Positions 24,663 to 32,527 of a DNA stretch of 64,000 bases are shown here, in pieces. How positions within the stretch are numbered: position 1 is the stretch's first letter; the number at the start of each line of letters is the position of its first letter. The stretch is from an uncultured Flavobacterium sp. GTDB lineage: Bacteria; Bacteroidota; Bacteroidia; Flavobacteriales; Flavobacteriaceae. A program made the position numbers and the translations under genes. Location of the stretch: NCBI RefSeq assembly GCF_963422545.2, contig NZ_CAXVYT010000026.1, positions 11,844-75,843 of the forward strand, read 5' to 3'. Under the pieces are notes generated by a model, which saw only the letters and a list, made by a program, of their open reading frames with translations, did not search any database and was not told the origin of the DNA.

Positions 24663-25257
24663 TCCGCATACAGACGAAACGACCAATTTACTTCCTAAAG
24701 ATGGAACTGTAAATTATTATGGAAAGTTATTCTCCAGAGAAAATGCCAATCATTATCTGGATGTGCTTTTGAATACGATTGAATGGAAAAATGATGAGGC
24801 AATTATATTCGGGAAACTAATTCTTACCAAACGAAAAGTAGCATGGTACGGCGATTCGGGTTTTGAATATACGTATTCGAATACCACAAAAAAAGCACTT
24901 CCGTGGACTAAAGAATTACTCAAATTAAAAGCTGTTATTGAAGAAAAAACAGGTGAAACATTTAATTCTTGTTTACTCAATTTGTACCATTCCGGTGATG
25001 AAGGTATGGCGTGGCACAGCGATGCCGAAAAAGACTTAAAGAAGAATGGTGCGATTGGTTCGGTAAGTTTTGGCGCTGAAAGAAAATTTGCTTTCAAGCA
25101 CAAGGAAACCAAAGAAACGGTTTCGTTAATCTTAGAACATGGTAGTTTATTGGTCATGAAAGGCACTACACAAACACATTGGCTGCATCGTTTACCGCCA
25201 ACAAAAACAACATCAAAACCTCGTGTAAATTTAACTTTTAGAACCATTATTGAATAA
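24649..25257 (+). CDS. alkB: alpha-ketoglutarate-dependent DNA/RNA dioxygenase AlkB
   Basis: 'MAWHSDAE' (HxD), 'THWLHRLP' and 'RVNLTFR' are the canonical AlkB motifs. Confidence 0.9.
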   Translation: MDLFNPHTDETTNLLPKDGTVNYYGKLFSRENANHYLDVLLNTIEWKNDEAIIFGKLILTKRKVAWYGDSGFEYTYSNTTKKALPWTKELLKLKAVIEEKTGETFNSCLLNLYHSGDEGMAWHSDAEKDLKKNGAIGSVSFGAERKFAFKHKETKETVSLILEHGSLLVMKGTTQTHWLHRLPPTKTTSKPRVNLTFRTIIE

Positions 25258-25271
25258 ACACACACGCAAGT

Positions 25272-25304
25272 AAACCCGACAGGTTTTTGAAACCTGTCGG
25301 GTTT
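25272..25304. terminator. AAACCCGACAGGTTT hairpin, bidirectional
   Basis: 'aaacccgacaggttt ttg aaacctgtcgggttt' lies between convergent genes ending at 25257 and 25306. Confidence 0.8.
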
Positions 25305-25305
25305 G

Positions 25306-25665
25306 TTAATTCAAAAAAACTTTAGAAAAAGGATATTTCCAATACACCAAAACGATGTTCATTAATAAAAATGGCATTTCAACAATTGCTCCTTTTAAGT
25401 TTTGATTCTGAATCTGAAGAACCATTAAAAGCAAAATAGTTGTGGCCATTATAAAATTTCCTGCCAAGAATGTCTTTGGATGAAAAATCAAAAATCCGCT
25501 AATTAAAGTGATTATTCCAAATACCAAAATTTGGGTTTTATTGAAATTAAAATCTTCGAACATTCTTATCATTTCTGTTTCGCCACTTATAATCGCGTAA
25601 CCTTGTTTTATTCCCATAAAAACGACGAATAGAAACAATCCAGCATGTATTATTTTTAGAAACAT
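25306..25665 (-). CDS. small 4-TM membrane protein (DoxX-like?)
   Basis: The profile is hydrophobic. I chose the start at the second Met (MFLKIIHAG), although the ORF extends to 25695. Confidence 0.6.
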   Translation of the reverse strand: MFLKIIHAGLFLFVVFMGIKQGYAIISGETEMIRMFEDFNFNKTQILVFGIITLISGFLIFHPKTFLAGNFIMATTILLLMVLQIQNQNLKGAIVEMPFLLMNIVLVYWKYPFSKVFLN

Positions 25666-25731
25666 ATCTTTAAAATAAAAAAAGCAACAAAACATCTTGA
25701 CATTTTACTGCTTTTTGGTTTGTATTGATTC

Positions 25732-26484
25732 TTAGTTTGTTGCTCCACCATTTACTAATAAATGTTGACCGTTAACGAAAGAAGATAAATCGCTGGCAAA
25801 AAATTCGGCTACATTAGCAACATCTTCAACCTCAGCCAAACGCTGCATTGGACAACTGTCTAACAATTGTTTTCTTAATTCAGGATAACTATCTGCTTCA
25901 GCAAAAATCCCGGAATGATCTACTGCAAACGGAATAATTGAATTTACTGTAATTCCTTTATGACCAATTTCTTTAGATAAAATATCTACCAAATATCTTG
26001 GAGTAATTTTACTTCCGCCATAAACGGCCATTCCTGGAACCGGGAAAGAGGTTGTACTTGATGCGATGTAGATAATTCTACCGTTATTTTCAACATGTTT
26101 TGCGGCTTGTTGCAAAGTAAAATAAGTCCCTTTGGTATTGATCGAAAATACTTTATCAAATTGTTCTTCGGTGAACTCGGTTACGGGAACTTCTACCATT
26201 TCGATTCCGGCATTTGCCACGACAATATTTATTTTTCCGAATGCTTTTTTGGCTTCGCCAAATAAATATTCTAAATCAGTTACTTTGCTTACGTCAGCTT
26301 TTATCGCAATTGCTTTCACGCCCATCGCCAGAACATTGCTCAAAACTTCATCGGCAGAAGCTTTATCTCTTGAATAATTAATAACGATATCTGCTCCTAA
26401 AGCTGCATAACGTTCTGCGATTGCTTTTCCTAATCCTCTTGCTGATCCGGTAATAAGGGCTACTTTATTTTTTAAATTTTTCAT
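25732..26484 (-). CDS. SDR family oxidoreductase
   Basis: It has 'TGSARGLG', 'NAG' and the catalytic 'YGGSK'. Confidence 0.88.
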   Translation of the reverse strand: MKNLKNKVALITGSARGLGKAIAERYAALGADIVINYSRDKASADEVLSNVLAMGVKAIAIKADVSKVTDLEYLFGEAKKAFGKINIVVANAGIEMVEVPVTEFTEEQFDKVFSINTKGTYFTLQQAAKHVENNGRIIYIASSTTSFPVPGMAVYGGSKITPRYLVDILSKEIGHKGITVNSIIPFAVDHSGIFAEADSYPELRKQLLDSCPMQRLAEVEDVANVAEFFASDLSSFVNGQHLLVNGGATN

Positions 26485-26546
26485 AATTCTTAATTTTAGA
26501 TTTTTTTGAAATTGAGATTGTCATTGACTTTTGACATTGTAATTGT

Positions 26547-27287
26547 TTACGCCATTCCTCCGTTTACACCAATGTTTTGTGCTGTAATCCATTTGGCATT
26601 ATCGCTTGCCAAAAACACTACTATTTTTGCAATATCATCCGGCTCTCCCAAACGATTAAAGGCAGAAAGTGAAGCTAAACGATCGATTACTTCCTGAGGT
26701 TTTCCGTTGGTAAATAACTCCGTATTTGTTGGTCCTGGAGAAACAGAATTTACATTGATTCCTTTTCTTCCTATTTCTTTAGAAAACACTCTGGTTAATT
26801 GTTCTACAGCAGCTTTGGTGGCTACATAAGTTGCATAAGAAGGCAACATGATTCTATTTACTGAAGTTGAGAAATTAATGATACTTCCGTTGTTTTCCAG
26901 ACGAGTTGCGGCTTCACGCATCGTGTTGAAAGTTCCTTTTACGTTAATATCAAATTGTCTTGTAAAATCTTCATCAGTAGTGTCTTTGATTAGTTTGGTA
27001 ATCATGATTCCAGCATTGTTTACCAATACATCGATTTTACCAAAATGTGCAATTGCAGCATCAAATAAGTTTTTAACCTCAGCTGTTTTGCTTACATCAG
27101 CCTGAACTGCAATTGCTTCTCCATCTTTTGCAATAATTTGGGCTACCACTTTATCAGCAGCATCTTTACCGCCTGAATAATTGATAATTACTTTGGCTCC
27201 GGCCTCTGAAATTTGGCTGGCAATTGTAGCTCCAATTCCTCTTGATGCTCCCGTAACTAATACTACTTTTCCGTTTAAAGTTTCCAT
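26547..27287 (-). CDS. SDR family oxidoreductase
   Basis: It has 'TGASRGIG', 'NNAG' and the catalytic 'YVATK'. Confidence 0.88.
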   Translation of the reverse strand: METLNGKVVLVTGASRGIGATIASQISEAGAKVIINYSGGKDAADKVVAQIIAKDGEAIAVQADVSKTAEVKNLFDAAIAHFGKIDVLVNNAGIMITKLIKDTTDEDFTRQFDINVKGTFNTMREAATRLENNGSIINFSTSVNRIMLPSYATYVATKAAVEQLTRVFSKEIGRKGINVNSVSPGPTNTELFTNGKPQEVIDRLASLSAFNRLGEPDDIAKIVVFLASDNAKWITAQNIGVNGGMA

Positions 27288-27380
27288 TTTTTCTTTGTTT
27301 TAAAATTATAGTACAAAGGTGCAATGGAGATACTTCTGAAAAAGTACGCGTTTTAAAGCAAAAGATGCAAATTTCTAAGA

Positions 27381-28307
27381 TTAGCCTTTTTTATGCTCTT
27401 TTTTGTAGTTTGCTGGTGTTGTTTGGGTATTTTTTTTGAAATAATTACTAAAATGAGCCGATTCTGTAAAACCTAAAAGAAAGGCAATTTCTTTAATACT
27501 CATTTCCGAATTCTGAAGTAATGATTTCGCTTCGGCAATTGTTTTCTCGGATAACCAGGTTATGATGGTTTTTCCGGTTTTGGTTTTAATCACATTACTC
27601 AAATAATTAGGATGCAGGCTTTGAAGTTCTGCATAATCATTTACACGAAAAATTCTTTCGGTTTTATGATTTACTAAATCACGATAATGGTTCTCTATAT
27701 TTTGCTTGAAGGTCTTTACAATTTGAGAACTTCGATTTCCTTCATATATAGGATCATAATCTGTCCAGAAATGTTCTTTTATTTTTAGAAGAATTACAAT
27801 AAACAGATTTCCGATGATTCTATATTTATAAATTGAATCTTCATGATACTCTTTATGAATCTGAAGATACAACCGTTCCATTTCGGCGAAAGCCTCAACT
27901 TCCATTTTTTTGGGCTGAATGGTTTCTGTCAATAAAAAAGAGAACTCATTGAATATATCGTGGTGTAAATTCTCTTTTAGAAAAGTTTCGTCAAAAGTGA
28001 TTAAATAAACTTCTTCAATCGTATTCCATCTAAAAGTTCTGTAATTACTTGGATTGGTAAAATAGATTGAACCGGGAACTATTTCAAACGTGCTTCCATC
28101 GATTGTATATTCTCCGGAACCGTCTTTCACAAAGACAAAAGAAAAATAATTTGGACGAAAAACCGGAGATTGATATGGTAATTGAAATGGAATATCTTTC
28201 AGGTTATGAATCGTAAATCCCGAATCCTGATGAATTAAATCGACCGGAAGCCCTAAATCATGGTATAAATCATACAATGTTTTTGATATGATTTCTTTTT
28301 CTTTCAT
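27381..28307 (-). CDS. AraC family transcriptional regulator
   Basis: It has a C-terminal double HTH ('LHPNYLSNVIK', 'FTESAHFSNYFKK') and an N-terminal cupin-like domain. Confidence 0.85.
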   Translation of the reverse strand: MKEKEIISKTLYDLYHDLGLPVDLIHQDSGFTIHNLKDIPFQLPYQSPVFRPNYFSFVFVKDGSGEYTIDGSTFEIVPGSIYFTNPSNYRTFRWNTIEEVYLITFDETFLKENLHHDIFNEFSFLLTETIQPKKMEVEAFAEMERLYLQIHKEYHEDSIYKYRIIGNLFIVILLKIKEHFWTDYDPIYEGNRSSQIVKTFKQNIENHYRDLVNHKTERIFRVNDYAELQSLHPNYLSNVIKTKTGKTIITWLSEKTIAEAKSLLQNSEMSIKEIAFLLGFTESAHFSNYFKKNTQTTPANYKKEHKKG

Positions 28308-28325
28308 GTGGTATTTTTAAATTTT

Positions 28326-28358
28326 AAACCCGACAGGTTTTAAAAACCTGTCGGGTTT
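28326..28358. repeat. AAACCCGACAGGTTT hairpin copy
   Basis: 'aaacccgacaggtttt aaaaacctgtcgggttt' lies between the MmcQ stop and the AraC start. Confidence 0.8.
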
Positions 28359-28374
28359 GCTATTGCGTCTAATG

Positions 28375-28695
28375 TTACTTCTTTTTTGGTGCTACATTTT
28401 GATATGAAAGCGTCAAGGCGTCTTCAAACATTTCTGGTCTTACTTTTGAAAGTTCTACTATTGTCCAACCTTGTTTTCCCCATTTATTAGGAACAGGGTA
28501 AAAAATCATTTCGCTTGAAGCGGAAAAAACAGATTGATCGATTTCATTTAATTTCAAAACTGCCTGATTATTCTTTTCATCAAAACTGGCGAATATTTTC
28601 TTGTTGATTCTAAAAGAGGTCTTCTCGAAATGTGGTTCTTCAGTTGCATTTTCATACGCTAAAGCTAATTTTCTAAATGTTTCAATATTTATCAT
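28375..28695 (-). CDS. MmcQ/YjbR family protein
   Basis: 'EEPHFEKTSFRINKKIFASF' matches the YjbR pattern. Confidence 0.72.
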   Translation of the reverse strand: MINIETFRKLALAYENATEEPHFEKTSFRINKKIFASFDEKNNQAVLKLNEIDQSVFSASSEMIFYPVPNKWGKQGWTIVELSKVRPEMFEDALTLSYQNVAPKKK

Positions 28696-28710
28696 CGTGT
28701 ATTGATTTAG

Positions 28711-28743
28711 TAAACCTGACAGGTTTTTGAAACCTGTTGAGTC
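28711..28743. repeat. degenerate AAACC(C/T)GACAGGTTT hairpin copy
   Basis: 'aaacctgacaggttt ttg aaacctgttgagtct' has an eroded right arm. Confidence 0.65.
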
Positions 28744-28768
28744 TCTGTTGACTATAACTAGCTATATT

Positions 28769-29524
28769 TTACCAACCTTGATTCAAACCATTTTTAAGGA
28801 CTTCTTCGTATTTATCTTTATCAAAAGTATATAAATTTGGCGCTTTATGTGCTACGTTACTTTTCTTTTCGTCGAGTTTTGTCAGGATTCCGATGTTGGT
28901 TATTTTTCTAAGAAAATTTCTTCTGTCCAGTTTTTTATCTAAAATGGTTTCATACAGTTTCTGAAGTTCTGGAATTGTAAATTTTTCGGGTAATAAATTA
29001 TAACCAATTGGCATTAAATTCAATTCGATTCTGAGCGTTTGTAAGGCTTTATCGAGAATTTCTTTATGATCGAGAATAAGTTCAGGAACTTCTTTATGAT
29101 CAATCCATTCTATCGTTTCTTCTTTATTTACAGATTTCGGAATCGTTTTAAGAAAATCGACCAGAGCATAATAACCAATCGTTACAAAACGCTGCGTGAG
29201 CCATTTTCCTTTTTCTTCGTCGATTTTCAAATATTCTAAAACTTCTTTCCCAAAATGCAGATCGTTTCGTTTTATTTTTCCGAAGGTTGCAAATTGCCTC
29301 AAAAAGATTCCCTCTACTCCTGTTCTGCTGTTTAAAACCGTTACTGCTGCTGTATCTATATCCTGATCAATTGGAATAAATCCGCCGGGTAAAGACCACT
29401 TTTGACTGCGCGGAACTTTAATCAATAAAACCTTAAGTTGATTGTCGTGAAAACCAAAAATCACACAATCTATTGAAAGTCCAGGTTGGTAATTTTCATT
29501 ATTTTCTAAAATGTCTTTTAACAT
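28769..29524 (-). CDS. NrtR-like Nudix-fold regulator (degenerate Nudix box + C-terminal winged helix)
   Basis: 'LPGGFIPIDQDIDTAAVTVLNSRTGV' aligns to Gx5Ex7REUxEExGU with E->Q and REUxEE->TVLNSR. The C-terminal about 80 aa are wHTH-like. Confidence 0.7.
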   Translation of the reverse strand: MLKDILENNENYQPGLSIDCVIFGFHDNQLKVLLIKVPRSQKWSLPGGFIPIDQDIDTAAVTVLNSRTGVEGIFLRQFATFGKIKRNDLHFGKEVLEYLKIDEEKGKWLTQRFVTIGYYALVDFLKTIPKSVNKEETIEWIDHKEVPELILDHKEILDKALQTLRIELNLMPIGYNLLPEKFTIPELQKLYETILDKKLDRRNFLRKITNIGILTKLDEKKSNVAHKAPNLYTFDKDKYEEVLKNGLNQGW

Positions 29525-29872
29525 CTACTTTTTATTAAATACAACTTTCCGGTTTTTATTGGTACTGCAATTTAATTCATTTTTATAAAATCGAAACATT
29601 TTTTAGAAATTCAAATCAAATTATTGTTCTGAATCAGCCAAAACACAAGTGTTAAAATCACAATTTTAACTTAAAAATAAAAAAACAAATTGAAAAAATA
29701 AGTACATTGCGTCATAATAACACATTAAGCTTTTAACTTGTTGTTTTTGCAACAAAAAGGCATAAAAAATAAGTACAGAAGAAATATATAATTGACCGTT
29801 TTAACCTGTAATTCTGTAACATAAGTTAAAATAATGCGTCTCTTTTATATAGAAAATTAAACTGGTTTAAAT

Positions 29873-30130
29873 ATGAGCATTCCAAACCTAGAAAAACTGA
29901 ACAAGAAGTTTATGAAACGAATCTATTCTTCTTTTGGATTAGTATCCAAAAATGATCTTCTGGAGGCTTCTATAAAATATAGTGAAGAACAAGAGAGAAT
30001 TTTCAATCAAATGATTACTGAAACTGAAGCAAAGGATAAAAAAGCAAAACGAGAAGCTTTTGATAAGGCCTTGTATGCATCTTATAAAGGTATTGGCGCT
30101 ATGGATTTTATAAATACCGTTTTAAAATAA
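29873..30130 (+). CDS. hypothetical small Lys/Glu-rich helical protein
   Basis: The 85-aa ORF sits in a low-GC spacer. I recognise no family, so its coding status is uncertain. Confidence 0.4.
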   Translation: MSIPNLEKLNKKFMKRIYSSFGLVSKNDLLEASIKYSEEQERIFNQMITETEAKDKKAKREAFDKALYASYKGIGAMDFINTVLK

Positions 30131-30376
30131 TTCTGTTCTCCTTTTAATCTTCTGCATTTTTTATCCCATTTTTTTTCTGTCAATTGTAATCTCTTCTGAT
30201 TAATTATTGATATTTCTACTTGTTTTACCCTTTACATCTTTCTCAATTCTTTCAGAATTTCATTAAATTATCTAAGATTAAACTTCTATATAATCAGATA
30301 ATAAAATCTTTATTGTAAGAAAACCAAACTTATCTCAATAATCAATCTGCCATTATTAGATCTTGGCAAAATTCTA

Positions 30377-30384
30377 TATTTTTG
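30377..30384 (+). promoter_or_regulatory. -7 promoter box TAnnTTTG
   Basis: 'tatttttg' lies 44 nt upstream of the ATG at 30428. Confidence 0.5.
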
Positions 30385-30427
30385 TTATATACGAAAGATT
30401 TTACCTACTTCAATTAAAAGCCTTACT

Positions 30428-32449
30428 ATGGAACAAACTCTTCAATCAGAAATTTATAAAATTCAAAAGCCTGAACATTGGGCTAGCAATATCAGCGATT
30501 CGCAACTTATTGAATATATCAAAGAATCTGAATTCTCTCAAAAACAAGCAGACGAGGGACGTGACTATTGCTATTTTTTAGATAAAATATATTACACAAG
30601 CGATAATGAAAATAGCGAATATGCTTGTTTAGCCTATACGTTAAATGAGCCTGCAAATTTAGAGCGGGCATCTGTAGTAGATGTTGTTCTGGAAGAAAAT
30701 GAAACGTATGTTATACACAGAATAAGTGTTTTGAGGGATGGTGTTCTGGTTGATAAAATTCCGGACACTAAGGTTAAAATACTTGATAGCGAAAACCAAA
30801 GTGGCGGAGGCGTTTTAAGCAGTAATAAAAAAGTCAATATCACTATAAAAGATCTTCGCCTTTATGACATTTTGATTATGGAGGATTCCAGAATTAAAAT
30901 TTTTACTGATCGTGATTTTTTACGCAAAGAGTTCTCTAAATATGTTTGGGTAGGTCCTGACAGTTATTGGGCTTACGGAAAGTATAAGTTTACTTTTAAA
31001 AATGATCGTGAAAGAACAATTGCTTATAAAAAGACTTTTTTTAGGGATGAAAACGGGAATGTTCTTGAACCTGAAGTTAACTATTTGAAAAAAGGTGAGG
31101 AATACGTAATCGATGAGGAGAACTACATCAATTTTGTCGATTCAAATCGAGAAGTTTCTTCTTACATTGATTTTGCAACGGATGCGAACTGGAAGGAGTT
31201 ATCAAATTATATCGCTCCAATTTATGATGCTATTTTTGAGAAGTCTCCGCTAAAGGAATTTGCGCCGGATTTAGTCGAAAAGCTTGACAAAATCGATAAC
31301 AAAGATGAGCAGCTGCAATTTGCAATAGAATATGTGCAAAACCACATTAATTATATTTACAATGCAGATGAAATGAACGGTCACAAACCTCAGGAACCGT
31401 CTATTACTTATGAAAACAAGCAGGGTGACTGTAAAGCAAAATCTGTTTTATTGAAAGTGATTTTAGATTATATTGGTGTTGATTCTTCAATTGTTTTGGT
31501 CAATTTTAATACTGACTTCTACATGAAATATTATTTGCCGTCGTTACTGACTTTTAATCACGTAATTGTTAAGATTAATTACAAAGATGAAAGTTATTTT
31601 ACGGATGTAACTCTTCGCGATGAATTTGGATTAATTGAAAATCGCGGCTTTATTTTCTTTATGCATTATCTGGAGATTAAACCAAATTTGGAGTTACAAA
31701 TTAAACCTCCACATCGTTTTTCTTATTATGCTGTTGATGAAAAATCAGAACTTACTGTAGAGAACAATATTGGTAAGCTAAATTTAACGACTAAATACAA
31801 AGGAAATCGCGCAAATTATATGCGTAAATATTTCAAGAAAACGAATAAAAGGGAAATCATAGACAGTTGGAATAATTTCTTCTTTCATACGCTAAACTAT
31901 GTTAACGACAGAAACGGAACTGATCTTAGAAATATTTTTAAAGATGCTGTAATTGAGATCGCAAGTGATGATAAAAAGCTAAATGAATTTATAGTTGAGT
32001 ACAAAACAACAATTGAAAATCCATATTATACAGATGGTAAAAACAATCGTTTTTTAATGTATTTTGATGGGAATATTGTCAAAAATACTGCTAGAGATTT
32101 TATGCATAAGGACATCACTTTCTGGCATAATTTTGACAGCGAACGATTTGAAATTAAACTTTTGACGGATCAAAAAATAGATATTACAGAAAAGTTTACG
32201 ATACAGGAAAGCACTATCAACAATCCGTATTTTGATTATACCAGCCGTAAAAAAATCACCAAAAACGGAGGAACTATCAATATTGATTTTAAACCATTGA
32301 TTAACTTAGAAATTCCTGAGAAAGATTTTGAAGATTTCAGGACCGCACACCACGAAGTTGCAGATAGCAATTTTGGAATTGGTGTCGATATTATTGAAGA
32401 GGGAATTTTGAATAAAATAAAATTCAATTTCAAAAAACACTTTAATTAA
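30428..32449 (+). CDS. DUF3857/transglutaminase-like cysteine-protease superfamily protein, no signal peptide
   Basis: It has a Cys-His-Asp core: 'QGDCKAKSVLL' (Cys codon 31430-31432), 'TFNHVIVKI' and 'YFTDVT'. The N-terminus 'MEQTLQSEIYKIQKPEHW' is hydrophilic. Confidence 0.72.
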   Translation: MEQTLQSEIYKIQKPEHWASNISDSQLIEYIKESEFSQKQADEGRDYCYFLDKIYYTSDNENSEYACLAYTLNEPANLERASVVDVVLEENETYVIHRISVLRDGVLVDKIPDTKVKILDSENQSGGGVLSSNKKVNITIKDLRLYDILIMEDSRIKIFTDRDFLRKEFSKYVWVGPDSYWAYGKYKFTFKNDRERTIAYKKTFFRDENGNVLEPEVNYLKKGEEYVIDEENYINFVDSNREVSSYIDFATDANWKELSNYIAPIYDAIFEKSPLKEFAPDLVEKLDKIDNKDEQLQFAIEYVQNHINYIYNADEMNGHKPQEPSITYENKQGDCKAKSVLLKVILDYIGVDSSIVLVNFNTDFYMKYYLPSLLTFNHVIVKINYKDESYFTDVTLRDEFGLIENRGFIFFMHYLEIKPNLELQIKPPHRFSYYAVDEKSELTVENNIGKLNLTTKYKGNRANYMRKYFKKTNKREIIDSWNNFFFHTLNYVNDRNGTDLRNIFKDAVIEIASDDKKLNEFIVEYKTTIENPYYTDGKNNRFLMYFDGNIVKNTARDFMHKDITFWHNFDSERFEIKLLTDQKIDITEKFTIQESTINNPYFDYTSRKKITKNGGTINIDFKPLINLEIPEKDFEDFRTAHHEVADSNFGIGVDIIEEGILNKIKFNFKKHFN

Positions 32450-32466
32450 AAATGACATTTTAGTAT

Positions 32467-32498
32467 AAAAAAGCGGAGTTGTAAAACTCCGCTTTTTT
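32467..32498. terminator. bidirectional rho-independent terminator
   Basis: 'aaaaagcggagtt gtaa aactccgctttttt' lies between convergent genes ending at 32449 and 32528. Confidence 0.85.
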
Positions 32499-32527
32499 AC
32501 TTAATTACAGTTTTGGAGATTGTAATT

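Noticed and set aside
24753-25265. A 170-aa minus-strand ORF.
   Set aside because: It is entirely antisense to alkB, which carries all the canonical AlkB motifs. I recognise no motifs of its own.
3361-28743. The repeated hairpins as a possible CRISPR array.
   Set aside because: The copies are scattered over kilobases, lie in both orientations, have irregular spacing and sit at gene ends. There are no cas genes and no regular repeat-spacer periodicity.
16913-32527. The two low-GC modules as bona fide mobile genomic islands.
   Set aside because: I could find no integrase, transposase, tRNA attachment site or flanking direct repeats. Composition alone, judged by eye, is not enough to call a mobile element.
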